DNA of 64,000 bases from an uncultured Bacilli bacterium (GTDB lineage: Bacteria; Bacillota_I; Bacilli_A; RFN20; CAG-631), in assembly GCA_947626825.1 (NCBI GenBank), contig CANQTM010000001.1, positions 32,568-96,567 of the forward strand, read 5' to 3'. The notes under the pieces were generated by a model. It made no database searches, was not told where the DNA came from, and saw only the letters and a list, made by a program, of their open reading frames with translations. Shown in pieces: positions 19,916 through 30,741 of the stretch. Made by a program: the position numbers and the translations under genes. Numbering within the stretch: the stretch's first letter is position 1; each line of letters starts with the position of its first letter.

Positions 19916-21969
19916 AGGGAAGTATATTTTATCTATTTTTAAGTGCTATATTAGGAATTGGATTTGCCTATACTCATTCTATTATTATAATTGTTGCTTC
20001 AATAATATTATTAATAATAATTTTTAAAAAATTTTCATATCAAAACGCTATTATTTTTTTAGTGGTTTTTCTGTTTTTTAATCTATATCGCATAAATAAA
20101 GAACCAATTGTAAAAAATGATGATTTTAATAATGTAGTAATTGTCGAAGAAACAAAACCAAGTTATATGATAGTTTATAGTAAAGATAACAAATGTAAGT
20201 ATTTAGTTTATCTTGAAGAAGAAACATTTCAAATAAAAGATCAATTATCAATAAAAGGAAATATAAAAAAAATTGAAAATGATTTAGAATTAGATGTTTT
20301 TGATTTTAAAGAATATTTAAATCATCAACGTGTTTTCTTTGAGTTAGAACCAATTGAAATTGATGTTGTTAAAACAAATCAATCACTATCAAATAATATT
20401 GTAAACAAATTAACATCTAAATTAACTGATGAAAGTTATGCAATGACCCAAATGCTTCTTTTTAATGATAAATATGCCGATGTTGAAACTTATAATGCCT
20501 TAAAAAATATTAATGCTTTACATCTATTTGTTGTTTCTGGATTTCATATATCATTTTTCTTTAATTTGATTATGAAAATTTTTAAAAAGAAAAAAAATAT
20601 AGGTTATATTATTGCTTTTAGTATTATATCTATTTATGTTTTTTTACTTGATTTTTCTATAAGTGCTACAAGAGCATTATTAACATTAATTTTAATAACA
20701 TTTTGTAATAAAATTTTTAATAGACTTGATTGTATTTCATTGACTGGATTATTATTTTTATTGATAGAACCTTTAAATATTTTTAATTATTCTTTTATTA
20801 TGACCTATCTTATGACAATCACAATAACTTTTTCAAGCAATGCTTTAAAAGATTATCATAAAATAATCCAGTTATTAGTAAATTCATTAATTTGTTTTTT
20901 AGCAATGATGCCTATTCAATTATTATTAAATTACAAAATTAATTTTATTAGTTTATTAAGTAATATTATTTTAAGTTATATTGTAATGGGAATTTTTATT
21001 TTATGTTTATTTGGTTTGCCTTTGTCTTTAATTAATGGCAATTTATTTGGAAAAATATATGAAGTTTTTAATAATTTAGTTAATAAAATTAGTCAAATTG
21101 ATTCCTCAATAACATTTGGCAGTTTAAATGTTTATTTATTAGTTGCATATTATGCTATATTTATATTATTTATTTTTTATTTAGAGAAGAAAGAAATATC
21201 CAAAATTGCCTTAAATATTACTTTAATATTTTTCTTTTTTATTTGTTTATATAATCGTAATTTCTTTGTATTTTATCAACAAGTTACTTTTTTAAATGTA
21301 TATCAAGGTGATTGTGCCATTATACAAGATTCATTTAATGGCAAAGTGATGCTAATTGATACAGGAGGACTTACTAATTATGATATAGCTAATAAAAAAA
21401 TAATGCCATATTTAAATTATCATGGCATAAGAAAAATAGATGTTGTTGTAATATCGCATAATGATTATGATCATTGTGGAGCTTTAGAAACTTTAAAAAA
21501 AGAAATAGTTATTAAACAAATAATAAATGATCCAAGCATTGAAAATATTAAGATGGGGAAAATTAATTTAGAAAATTTAAATAAATATTATACTAATTCT
21601 AGCAGTGAAAATGATCATTCTTTAGTTTTATATGGGAATATATGTAATTATAATTTTTTGTTTACTGGTGATATATCAAAAACAATTGAAAAACAAATTA
21701 TTACAAATAATCCTTATTTAGATGTTGATATATTAAAAGTTGCTCATCATGGCTCAAAAAGCTCAAGTGATAGTGAATTTATAGAAGCAATATCACCAAC
21801 ATATGCTATTATAAGTGTAGGAGCCAATAATTTTTATGGCCATCCTACTAAAGAAGTATTGGATATTTTAAATAAAAATGATGTAATTGTTTATCGAACA
21901 GATATAAATGGTACCACAAGATTTAAAGGAGAAATATTTAATAAATGTTTTATAGATAGTGCAAAATAA
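19906..21969 (+). CDS. comEC: DNA internalization channel ComEC/Rec2 with C-terminal MBL domain
   Basis: Polytopic membrane domain plus a C-terminal metallo-beta-lactamase domain (HNDYDHCG, VAHHGS). Confidence 0.8.
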   Translation: MSLKGSIFYLFLSAILGIGFAYTHSIIIIVASIILLIIIFKKFSYQNAIIFLVVFLFFNLYRINKEPIVKNDDFNNVVIVEETKPSYMIVYSKDNKCKYLVYLEEETFQIKDQLSIKGNIKKIENDLELDVFDFKEYLNHQRVFFELEPIEIDVVKTNQSLSNNIVNKLTSKLTDESYAMTQMLLFNDKYADVETYNALKNINALHLFVVSGFHISFFFNLIMKIFKKKKNIGYIIAFSIISIYVFLLDFSISATRALLTLILITFCNKIFNRLDCISLTGLLFLLIEPLNIFNYSFIMTYLMTITITFSSNALKDYHKIIQLLVNSLICFLAMMPIQLLLNYKINFISLLSNIILSYIVMGIFILCLFGLPLSLINGNLFGKIYEVFNNLVNKISQIDSSITFGSLNVYLLVAYYAIFILFIFYLEKKEISKIALNITLIFFFFICLYNRNFFVFYQQVTFLNVYQGDCAIIQDSFNGKVMLIDTGGLTNYDIANKKIMPYLNYHGIRKIDVVVISHNDYDHCGALETLKKEIVIKQIINDPSIENIKMGKINLENLNKYYTNSSSENDHSLVLYGNICNYNFLFTGDISKTIEKQIITNNPYLDVDILKVAHHGSKSSSDSEFIEAISPTYAIISVGANNFYGHPTKEVLDILNKNDVIVYRTDINGTTRFKGEIFNKCFIDSAK

Positions 21970-21981
21970 TGTATAATATTT

Positions 21982-22953
21982 ATGAGGAATTTAAAAATGA
22001 TAAGGTTATTAATTAGTGAATCTTCGATTTTACTTAAATCAAAATTAAATAATTATACAAATGATGTTTTAGAAAGCAAAAACGAATTTAATTATTGTGT
22101 TTTTGATTTTGAAGAAACATCTTTAGATGATATTATAACAACATTAGAAAGCCCTTCTTTTTTTGGTGAAAAAAAAGTAATTGTTTGCAAAAACCCATAT
22201 TTTTTTAAAGATGAAAAAATGAAATTACCTTTTGAAAACAATTTAGAACAATTTTTGAAATATTTAAGTAATCCTAATCCAGACAATGATTTAATTGTTG
22301 TGTGTCCAGAAAAATATTATAATAACAAAAATAAATATTTTAATGCATTAAGCAAAGTATCAGAAGTAGAAAATTTATTATTTGAAGATGAAAAGGATTT
22401 TACAAATTATGCCAATATGTTATTGAAAGGAACTAAAATTTCTTTAGATAATGATGCTAAAAATTTATTAATAAATAGATGTCTTGGTGATGTTTGCAAA
22501 CTTGAAAGAGAAATTGCAAAATTGTCATTATATCCTGAAAAAATAGATGTTGATATAATTAATAAAATGGTAGCTAAACCATTAGAAGATGATGTTTTTG
22601 AATTATCAAATGCTATTTTGAAAAAAGATCATAAACAAATAATGCAGATATATAATGATTTAAAACTTTTAAAAATAGAACCAATTAATTTAATTAGTTT
22701 ACTTGCTAATCAATTTCGTTTAATGTTACAAGTTAGTATCTTAAAAAATCAAAATTTAACAGATAATGAAATTGCTACTACTTTAAATGTACATCCTTAT
22801 AGAATAAAACTAGCTAAACAATATATCCAACAAAATTATTCTTTAAATACAATAAAAAATATTTTATTAGATTTATCTGATTTAGATTATAAAATTAAAA
22901 TAGGCGAATATGATCGTTATGTCGATTTTGAACTTTTTTTAGCAACAAAATAA
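21982..22953 (+). CDS. holA: DNA polymerase III delta subunit HolA
   Basis: Sits after comEC as in Bacilli. Its length and helical C-terminal domain fit HolA. Confidence 0.6.
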   Translation: MRNLKMIRLLISESSILLKSKLNNYTNDVLESKNEFNYCVFDFEETSLDDIITTLESPSFFGEKKVIVCKNPYFFKDEKMKLPFENNLEQFLKYLSNPNPDNDLIVVCPEKYYNNKNKYFNALSKVSEVENLLFEDEKDFTNYANMLLKGTKISLDNDAKNLLINRCLGDVCKLEREIAKLSLYPEKIDVDIINKMVAKPLEDDVFELSNAILKKDHKQIMQIYNDLKLLKIEPINLISLLANQFRLMLQVSILKNQNLTDNEIATTLNVHPYRIKLAKQYIQQNYSLNTIKNILLDLSDLDYKIKIGEYDRYVDFELFLATK

Positions 22954-23022
22954 GATTTGTAAATTTCACTGACATTTTGCCAAAAAATATGATAAAATAT
23001 TATTAGTTAAGGGGGATTTCAC

Positions 23023-23520
23023 ATGTTTTCAATTAATGATTGCGTAGTGCATAAAACAGCAGGTGTTTGCATTATAAATAATATTGTTTATTGTGATTTT
23101 GGCAATGGAAAACAAGAATATTATTATTTGCTCCCTAAATATCCAACAACAACAAATAAATCTTTAGAAATTTATCTTCCTGTTGATAAAGAAACTAATT
23201 TTATACGTAAACCAATTGATAAAGATACAGCTGAATTAATTATCAAATCATTTCCACAAATGGACATTTTTTGGGTAAACGATAGTAAAGCACGAAAAGC
23301 AAAAATTGAAGAAATTTGGCATAGTGGTAATTTTGTTGAATTGTGCCGTGTTGTAAAACTTTTATACAAAAATCAGGAAGAATTACCACGACCAATTAGT
23401 CCAACAGAAAGAGTAATGCTTAATAAAATAAGAAATCATGTTTTTGATGAATTTGCTATTGCTTTAGATATTATGCCTGAAAATGTTGAAAATTATATAA
23501 ATAATCATGTTTTAAATTAG
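23023..23520 (+). CDS. CarD/CdnL-family RNA-polymerase-binding transcriptional regulator
   Basis: N-terminal MFSINDCVVHKTAGVCII...GKQEYYYL matches the CarD_TRCF RNAP-interacting domain pattern. GGGGGA RBS. Confidence 0.5.
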   Translation: MFSINDCVVHKTAGVCIINNIVYCDFGNGKQEYYYLLPKYPTTTNKSLEIYLPVDKETNFIRKPIDKDTAELIIKSFPQMDIFWVNDSKARKAKIEEIWHSGNFVELCRVVKLLYKNQEELPRPISPTERVMLNKIRNHVFDEFAIALDIMPENVENYINNHVLN

Positions 23521-23533
23521 AAAGGATAATAAA

Positions 23534-24700
23534 ATGTTTGAAAAAAATAAATTGTTACCATTTCTTGTTTTATCTTTATCATTAATGATTTGTAGTTGTG
23601 ATACCATAAATAATTCAGATTCATCAATTGATACTAGTACTGACACTGCTTCTTTAGAAAATTCATCAACAAATGAATCAAGTTCTAGTCTTAATTCTTT
23701 AGATTCATATAAAGAAAACGAACATGATGATACAATCTATACTACTTTAGTAAAATTAGATGATATTAAAATTGAAATTAATGAAAGATATAGTTTAAAA
23801 AGAGCTTTAAAATCATTAAAAGATGTTAAAGTTACTTTTAAAGATGAAGATATTGCAACTTTTGATGATACCACAAAACAAGTAATAGGTCTTAAAAAAG
23901 GTGTAACTGCTCTAATTTTATCTTCTCAAGACAAACTCCAAAAAGTATATGTTCAAGTTGATGATATTGGAAAATATAGTGGTAATTTTAGTTTTGATTA
24001 TTTTCATCTTGAAGATAAAAAAATTGTCGCATTTGGTGATTCTGTTACGGCTGAAGCAACAATTGCTCCAAGCAAAACATATTATACTTTGTTTGCTGAA
24101 CATTTTAATATGATAAAAGTTAAAAATTATGCTATAGGTGGTACTACTGGGACATATGCATATTTTGGCTCTAATGTAAATAAAGAATATAGTTATGAAA
24201 CACCATATCTTGATGGCTGTAGAGTTGTAAATAATGCTGTTAATAATAATGAAATAAATGATGTCGATTATGCTTTTATTGCTTATGGTCATAATGATCA
24301 ATATTTTCAACCACCAATTGATGTTAAGGGCGATGAAAATGTAAACATTAATAATTTTTCAACTTGTAATTCATTTAGTGGTAGTTATCGTTTTATGATT
24401 AGCAAGTTAAGATCTGCTAATCCAAATATAAGAATTATTTTATTAGGTTGTACATATTCTGAATATGATAAAACAAATCCAACACGATATGCAGTTGATA
24501 AAGACCACCCTATAACTTATGCTGATTATTGCCAAGCAATTGATGACATTTCTATTGAAATGAGATGTCGTTTAATACTTCCTTGGAATTATATGAAACA
24601 ATATTTTGATTATAATAATGGTGGATTTTATTATAAAGATTCAGTTCATTTAACTGGAAATGGTCATCAAAAATTATATGAATATATAATTGAAAATTAA
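23534..24700 (+). CDS. SGNH/GDSL hydrolase lipoprotein with N-terminal Big_2-like region
   Basis: Signal peptide with lipobox (LMICSC). GDS block FGDSVT, GHND block, and DSVHLTxxGH catalytic block. Confidence 0.6.
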   Translation: MFEKNKLLPFLVLSLSLMICSCDTINNSDSSIDTSTDTASLENSSTNESSSSLNSLDSYKENEHDDTIYTTLVKLDDIKIEINERYSLKRALKSLKDVKVTFKDEDIATFDDTTKQVIGLKKGVTALILSSQDKLQKVYVQVDDIGKYSGNFSFDYFHLEDKKIVAFGDSVTAEATIAPSKTYYTLFAEHFNMIKVKNYAIGGTTGTYAYFGSNVNKEYSYETPYLDGCRVVNNAVNNNEINDVDYAFIAYGHNDQYFQPPIDVKGDENVNINNFSTCNSFSGSYRFMISKLRSANPNIRIILLGCTYSEYDKTNPTRYAVDKDHPITYADYCQAIDDISIEMRCRLILPWNYMKQYFDYNNGGFYYKDSVHLTGNGHQKLYEYIIEN

Positions 24701-24715
24701 ATAATTTATAAAAAA

Positions 24716-24742
24716 ATGGCAACTAATCGTTGCCATTTTTAA
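24716..24742. terminator. Bidirectional rho-independent terminator
   Basis: atggcaac-taatc-gttgccat hairpin followed by a T run. Lies between convergent genes. Confidence 0.6.
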
Positions 24743-24751
24743 TGATATGAC

Positions 24752-25282
24752 TTATTCAATATCTATAACGCCATAGCCTCCACTTTTTCTTTTATAAACG
24801 ACAGAAACAGTGTGATCTTCAATATCTTCATATATAAAGAAATCATGGTCTGTTGAATCCATTTCCATAATAGCATCATCTAATGTCATTGCTTGTGGAT
24901 GAATAGTTTTATTTTTAATATAAATATCTTCTTTTGGCTCATCTTCATCTAAAACGCCAAATGTTCTGCCAAGATTTGTTTTATTACTTGAACGATCAAG
25001 ACGAGCTTTTACTTTTTTGATTTGTGAAATTAATTTATCAACTGCAATTTCAACAGCATCTAAAAGTTCATCTGATTCAACTTCACTTCTTAATAGTAGA
25101 TAAGGAGTAGGAATTGTAATTTCTACTTTTGACCTATTATTTCTAAATTTAACAACAATACGGCAATCAAAATTTTCACTTTTATAAAGTAGTTTTTCAA
25201 CTTTTGAAAATTCATTAATAATTTTTTCTTGTACTTTTTGAGAAATTTTGGTTGCACCACTACAAATAAATTGATATTTCAT
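24752..25282 (-). CDS. hpf: Ribosome hibernation promoting factor (long HPF)
   Basis: RaiA/YfiA-fold N-terminal domain plus a C-terminal dimerisation domain. GGAGGT RBS before MKYQ. Confidence 0.7.
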   Translation of the reverse strand: MKYQFICSGATKISQKVQEKIINEFSKVEKLLYKSENFDCRIVVKFRNNRSKVEITIPTPYLLLRSEVESDELLDAVEIAVDKLISQIKKVKARLDRSSNKTNLGRTFGVLDEDEPKEDIYIKNKTIHPQAMTLDDAIMEMDSTDHDFFIYEDIEDHTVSVVYKRKSGGYGVIDIE

Positions 25283-25381
25283 ATAAACGTACCTCCTAGA
25301 TATATTATACATCTTAAATTTTAAAAAAATAGACTTTTAATATAAGTCATATTATGATAGAATAGACTTGTTGAGTACGAA

Positions 25382-25921
25382 TTATAAAAAATTTTCTTTT
25401 AAAAAATTACTAATTGTATCGATGCTTTTTTGTGATAAAGATATTTTACCGTTTGTTTGTTTATTCATTCTTGAAATACGTCTTTTACAAATAGAACGAA
25501 TTGCATCTACTTTTAAATATGAATGAGCATTGGCATTTTCTAAATTTAATTCATCAATAATACCCAAATCTAAACTTAATTTACTACTTGGAATTGGCTT
25601 GCTTGATAATGGAATAACTATAATATTACCTAAATCAATGGCCCAAACAACAGCATAATGTCCTTTTTTATTCATATCTGATAATTCAGTTCCTACATTA
25701 ATGCCAAATTCAACCCAAACAATGTCTCCTTTTTTTAAATCATCTGGTTGTGGTAAATAACTACTTTTTTGTAATGATTGTTTTAAATATGTTGTTTTTT
25801 TATCAAACCATTCTACAAATTCAGTGGCAATTTCACTATCAATATTTGCTAATTTTTTTTCAATGCTTTGTGTGACTTTAACAAATTTTTCTTGGGCCTT
25901 TTTGTCACGCTTATATTTCAA
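25382..25921 (-). CDS. MazF/PemK-like domain protein with ~60-aa N-terminal extension
   Basis: KKGDIVWVEFGINVGTELSDMNKKGHYAVVWAIDLGNIIVIPLSSK aligns to the EndoA/MazF core ([30 protein letters not shown]...AAITAQ). Starts 12 nt after rimO. Confidence 0.5.
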   Translation of the reverse strand: MKYKRDKKAQEKFVKVTQSIEKKLANIDSEIATEFVEWFDKKTTYLKQSLQKSSYLPQPDDLKKGDIVWVEFGINVGTELSDMNKKGHYAVVWAIDLGNIIVIPLSSKPIPSSKLSLDLGIIDELNLENANAHSYLKVDAIRSICKRRISRMNKQTNGKISLSQKSIDTISNFLKENFL

Positions 25922-25933
25922 ATAATCACCTCA

Positions 25934-27229
25934 TTAGAAGTTACATTCTCCTTCTACATCATATGCAGTGACTTTTTTAATTTTTACTTTAACATATTCT
26001 CCTATGATTAAGTCTTTTTTACTATGGATGATAAAACGTCCATCATCAGCATCTGGTGCATAGAGATAACTTCTTCCATAATAATTATTACCATCATAGT
26101 CCTCAATTAATACATCATGAACTTCATTAATTCTTTTTTTGTTTAATTCTAAAGAAATTTTTTGTTGTAATTCCATAATTTCTTTAACTCTTTGTTTTGC
26201 GACTTTTTTTGATATTTGGCCTTTTAAATTATAAGCAATTGTATTTTCTTCTTTTGAAAAAGCAAAGGCACCTAAATGGTCAAATTTAACTAAAGAAATA
26301 AATTCTTTTAGTTCTAAAAAATCTTGTTCATTTTCTTGTGGAAATCCTAAAATTAATGTTGTTCTTAAAACAGCATTAGGAATATTTTTTCTTATTTTTT
26401 CTATAATATTTAAATATTTTTCTTTTGTTCCTGTACGCCCCATTAAATTTAATAATCTATTATTACAATGTTGAATTGGAATATCAAAATAAGGCATTAA
26501 ATTATGGTTTTCTTTAAAAATATTAATTAATTTATCAGTAATTCTATCAGGATATAAATACAAAACTCGAAAATAAGTTTGAGAATTTAATTTTACTAAA
26601 TCTAATAATAATTCTTCTAAACCATAATTTGTATATATATCTTTTCCATAACGAGTTGGATCTTGTGCTATAACTATAATTTCTTTTTTACCTAAATAAA
26701 TAAGGCGTTTTGCATCATTAATAATTTGTTCTTTAGTATATGAATGATAATCATTTCTAATAATAGGAATAGCACAATATGCACAGCGATTTGAACAACC
26801 TTCACCTATTTTAAGATATGCAACAGGCAAAGGATTAGACAAACTTCTTTTTAATGGATCATATGTTTTAGGCAAATTTTCATTAAATAATTTATTTAAT
26901 TGTTCACCAATGGTGTCATATTCATCAACACCAACAATTAAATCAATTTCAGGGATATCTTTTGCAAGTTCTTGTTTATAGCGCTTAGCTAAACAACCAA
27001 TAACAACAAGAAAAGCATTAGGGCTTTTTTGTCTAATTACATCAAAAATAGTATCTATTGCTTCTTTTTTGGCACTTTCGATAAATCCACATGTATTGAT
27101 AAAAATAGCATCACTAGTAGGAATATCATCGATTATTTGAATTTCACGACTTTCTTTAAGTAAACCTAAAATATATTCGCTATCTACTAGATTTTTTGCA
27201 CATCCTAAAGATATAAATGATATTTTCAT
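25934..27229 (-). CDS. rimO: Radical-SAM methylthiotransferase, RimO-like (MiaB family)
   Basis: N-terminal MTTase domain MKISFISLGCAKNLVDSE, radical-SAM CSNRCAYCAIP, and a C-terminal TRAM domain. Confidence 0.7.
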   Translation of the reverse strand: MKISFISLGCAKNLVDSEYILGLLKESREIQIIDDIPTSDAIFINTCGFIESAKKEAIDTIFDVIRQKSPNAFLVVIGCLAKRYKQELAKDIPEIDLIVGVDEYDTIGEQLNKLFNENLPKTYDPLKRSLSNPLPVAYLKIGEGCSNRCAYCAIPIIRNDYHSYTKEQIINDAKRLIYLGKKEIIVIAQDPTRYGKDIYTNYGLEELLLDLVKLNSQTYFRVLYLYPDRITDKLINIFKENHNLMPYFDIPIQHCNNRLLNLMGRTGTKEKYLNIIEKIRKNIPNAVLRTTLILGFPQENEQDFLELKEFISLVKFDHLGAFAFSKEENTIAYNLKGQISKKVAKQRVKEIMELQQKISLELNKKRINEVHDVLIEDYDGNNYYGRSYLYAPDADDGRFIIHSKKDLIIGEYVKVKIKKVTAYDVEGECNF

Positions 27230-27230
27230 A

Positions 27231-28181
27231 TTATAAAAGATTGTCTAAAGAAACGATTAATTGCTCTATTTCTGCTAAATTTTTACATTTAGCGCCCGCA
27301 GCATTATCGTGTCCTCCTCCATTAAAATTAGTTGCTACATCATTGATTTTAATTCCACGTGAACGAATAGATACACGCCATTTGTATTCATCTTCAACTT
27401 CAATATCTTCTGTTACTTGTACCCAAATTTTAATTTCTTCATAGCCTGAATATAAATTAACAAAAGCTTTCACTTGTTCACGCCAAATATTAAAATCTTT
27501 TAAAGTTTGATCTGAAATAATATAATAAGCAACACCTTTATCTGTGAACTTTGTAATTTCATAAATATATTTAATAATTTTTAAATCACTAATTGATTTG
27601 ACATACATTTTGTTATATATATCTTGAAAATCAAATCCTGTTTTAAATAATTTTGCACATATTTTAAAAGTTTTTTCATTAGTATCTGAATATTGAAAAC
27701 GTCCACTATCACCAACAATACCACTATATAAATAATAAGCACATTCTTTTGAGATGGTCTTTTTGAATGAAATTAACATGTCTGCAATAATTTCAGCAGC
27801 TGCTGAAGCGTGTTCATTAACAAAAGAAATGTCTCCAAAAATATCACAAAGTGGATGGTGATCAATTTTTATAACACAATTTGCTTTTTCAAGATATTCT
27901 TTGCCATCAATTCTTGGCTGATTTGCAACGTCAACCACAATGCATAAATAATTATCTAATTCTTGTTTTAATGTATCAGTTACAGGATACAATTTTGGTG
28001 AAAAAATTTTATGTGGCTCACCAAGAGCATAAACCTTTTTTTTAGGAAAATTATCTTTTATCCAATATAGTAAACCAAATTGGGAACCAGAAGCATCAAA
28101 ATCAGGAGCTTCATGTCTTAAGATAATAATTGTGTCATATTTAATAATAGCATCTAAAACTTTTTTATAAATCTTATTCAT
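27231..28181 (-). CDS. nrnA: DHH/DHHA1 phosphoesterase NrnA (nanoRNase/pAp phosphatase)
   Basis: DHH motif KIDHHP and DHHA1 GGGH. Confidence 0.7.
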   Translation of the reverse strand: MNKIYKKVLDAIIKYDTIIILRHEAPDFDASGSQFGLLYWIKDNFPKKKVYALGEPHKIFSPKLYPVTDTLKQELDNYLCIVVDVANQPRIDGKEYLEKANCVIKIDHHPLCDIFGDISFVNEHASAAAEIIADMLISFKKTISKECAYYLYSGIVGDSGRFQYSDTNEKTFKICAKLFKTGFDFQDIYNKMYVKSISDLKIIKYIYEITKFTDKGVAYYIISDQTLKDFNIWREQVKAFVNLYSGYEEIKIWVQVTEDIEVEDEYKWRVSIRSRGIKINDVATNFNGGGHDNAAGAKCKNLAEIEQLIVSLDNLL

Positions 28182-29400
28182 GTTTTAGACCCTTAATAAT
28201 TTCATATGTATCTTTACACATCATTAATTCTTCATTTGTTGGAATGACAAATACATCTATTTTTGAATCTTTATTTGAAATTAAATATCCTTTACCCCCA
28301 CAAATTTCAACTTTATTTTTCTCACCAACAGTATATTCAATTCCTAAAGCTTTAGAAATCATAGGAATAAGAACACTTCTAGTTGAAATTGAGTTTTCTC
28401 CAACACCTGCTGTTAAAACAATGGCATCACAACCACCAAGTTCAACAAAATATGAACCAATAAATTGAGCAATTCTTGTACAATAAACTTTTCTAGCTAA
28501 AAAACTATTTTTATCATTTTCAGCTTCGCCTTTATCAATATCTCTCATGTCACTTGATCTATTATTTGACATACCAAGCAAACCAGAATCATAATTACAA
28601 ATATGATTCATTTCATCAGGAGTAAGGTGCTCTTTATTCATAATATATGTTAAAATTGATGGATCTAAATCACCGCTTCTAGTACCCATAGCAATACCAC
28701 CAAGAGGAGTAAATCCCATTGATGTATCAACAGACTTACCATTTTCAATAGCACAAATTGAAGCGCCACTTCCTAAATGACAAGAAATTAGTTTTACATC
28801 TTTTTTATAATATTCTTTCATAACAGAGGCAATATATTTATGAGAAGTTCCATGAGCTCCATATCTTCTAATTTTATAATCTTTATAATAATGATATGGA
28901 AGAGGATAAATATATCTTTCTTCTGGAATTGTTTGATGGAAAGCAGTATCAAAAATCATAGTATGAACTGCATTAGGAATAATTTGTTTAAATGCTAAAT
29001 AACCATCATGTTCAGCTTTGTTATGATGTGGTGCTAGTTCAGCAAGTTCTAACACTTTGTTTTCAACATCTTTAGTAACAATTTCAGCTTTTGAAAAATA
29101 TTCTCCTCCTTGAACAATTCTATGTCCAACACCTTTTATATCATCAACTTTGTCGATAATATGAAATTCAGTAAATTTATCCATTATGGCTTTAACAGCA
29201 TCAGGATGATTATTAATTACTGCATCTCTAATTTCCCATGTAGAGTTTTTATCATCTTGATAATTATATTTAACAGTTACAATTGCATCTTTCAAACCTA
29301 TTCTTTCAACCTGTGCTTTAGCAATTAATGTTTCACTTGGCATTTCAAGTAATTGGACTTTTAAAGAAGAACTTCCAGCATTTACAGCTAATATTTTCAT
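28174..29400 (-). CDS. ackA: Acetate kinase
   Basis: MKILAVNAGSSSLK N-terminus. Conserved acetokinase motifs. Confidence 0.9.
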   Translation of the reverse strand: MKILAVNAGSSSLKVQLLEMPSETLIAKAQVERIGLKDAIVTVKYNYQDDKNSTWEIRDAVINNHPDAVKAIMDKFTEFHIIDKVDDIKGVGHRIVQGGEYFSKAEIVTKDVENKVLELAELAPHHNKAEHDGYLAFKQIIPNAVHTMIFDTAFHQTIPEERYIYPLPYHYYKDYKIRRYGAHGTSHKYIASVMKEYYKKDVKLISCHLGSGASICAIENGKSVDTSMGFTPLGGIAMGTRSGDLDPSILTYIMNKEHLTPDEMNHICNYDSGLLGMSNNRSSDMRDIDKGEAENDKNSFLARKVYCTRIAQFIGSYFVELGGCDAIVLTAGVGENSISTRSVLIPMISKALGIEYTVGEKNKVEICGGKGYLISNKDSKIDVFVIPTNEELMMCKDTYEIIKGLKHE

Positions 29401-29514
29401 AAATAAAACCTCCGTTTTTTAAATAATTTTCACCATTAATTTTACTATTTGCATAGTAAAAAGTCAAAAAGTATTATTGAAAGAAAAAAGGTATTCAATT
29501 ATAATTATCTGTAT

Positions 29515-29603
29515 GAAGAAATACCCAAGCGGTTTAAGGGGGCAGTTTCGAAAACTGCTAGAGGTTAACACCTGCAAGGGTTCGAATCCCTTTTTCTTCG
29601 CCA
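29515..29603 (+). tRNA. tRNA-Ser (anticodon CGA)
   Basis: Acceptor stem GAAGAAA/TTTCTTC, anticodon stem GCAGT/ACTGC with loop TTCGAAA, long variable arm, T-arm AAGGG-TTCGAAT-CCCTT, discriminator G and encoded CCA. Confidence 0.8.
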
Positions 29604-29767
29604 GTTACGGACAATGATTGCAAAGAATCATTTATAAATATAAAAAATTTAATTGGTTTAATTTTTAATAAAAATGTTTTAAATCGACATTTTTTAAAAA
29701 TTATGTTGCTTAATTTAATAAAACGTTTTGCTAAAATGTAGGTGTAAAAAAAGGAGAAATTTAAAAA

Positions 29768-30118
29768 ATGAACACAGATAAAATTTATGCAGAACGTATT
29801 GCAACAGAATATGCCCCAAAGGATGATATGAAAATTAAACAATTAAAAAAATTAGATAACAAAGCAAAACAACCAGCTAATATTTTTGCTTATTCATTTG
29901 GTATAATAAGTGCAATTATTTTAGGTGTCGGTATGTGTTTATCAATGAAAGTTATTGGCTCTGGAAATATTGCTATGATTTTAGGAATATTAATTGGAAT
30001 AATTGGTATTATCGGTTGTAGTGTAAATTATTTTATTTATAAAAAGATGCTAGCCAAAGGTAAAAATAAATACGGAAATGATATAATAAAACTTGCAAAA
30101 GAAATTAGTGAAGAATAA
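29768..30118 (+). CDS. Small hypothetical membrane protein
   Basis: AAGGAGAAA RBS. Two central hydrophobic helices. Confidence 0.45.
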   Translation: MNTDKIYAERIATEYAPKDDMKIKQLKKLDNKAKQPANIFAYSFGIISAIILGVGMCLSMKVIGSGNIAMILGILIGIIGIIGCSVNYFIYKKMLAKGKNKYGNDIIKLAKEISEE

Positions 30119-30147
30119 TAAAATAATTTTGAAAGGAAAGTAAGCAT

Positions 30148-30741
30148 GTGAATAAATCAGAAAGTAAATATTACCATACTTCACTTTTAATGAATCAAGC
30201 CTTTGTTGAACTATTAAACAAAAAAGAATATGAATTTATAACAATTAAAGAAATATGTAAAAAGGCTGGAGTTAATCGTTCAACATTTTACTTGCACTAT
30301 GATAACATAAATGATTTATTATTAGAGACAATATCTAATATCAATAAATCATTTTTTGAAGTTTTTAAAGATAAAGAGTTATCTTTAAAAATAAATAATA
30401 ATTCCAAAAAAGATTTAATACTTATTACTCCTTACTATTTAATTCCTTATTTAAATCATGTTAAAGAAAATAAAATAATTTATAAACTTTCAACAAAATA
30501 TCCTCTTTTAATGCGATCAATAGAAAAATATAAATATTTACAAAATGAAGTATTATTTCCAATTTTTAAAAATTTTGATATTGAAGAAAAATGGCAAAAA
30601 TATATTTCATCTTATTATATTAAAGGAACATATGCAATAATTGAAGAATGGATTAAAGATGATTGCAAAGAAGATGTAAATGAAATATGCCAACTTATTA
30701 TAAAATGTGTAAGACCTTATGAGCAAAATGAAAATAATTGA
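30148..30741 (+). CDS. TetR/AcrR-family transcriptional regulator
   Basis: HTH TIKEICKKAGVNRSTFYLHY. Apparent GTG start. Confidence 0.6.
   Translation: MNKSESKYYHTSLLMNQAFVELLNKKEYEFITIKEICKKAGVNRSTFYLHYDNINDLLLETISNINKSFFEVFKDKELSLKINNNSKKDLILITPYYLIPYLNHVKENKIIYKLSTKYPLLMRSIEKYKYLQNEVLFPIFKNFDIEEKWQKYISSYYIKGTYAIIEEWIKDDCKEDVNEICQLIIKCVRPYEQNENN

Noticed and set aside
29558-29842. 94-aa minus-strand ORF.
   Set aside because: It overlaps the tRNA-Ser gene and its flanking AT-rich DNA. Its translation (…KGIRTLAGVNL) is simply the tRNA read as protein.
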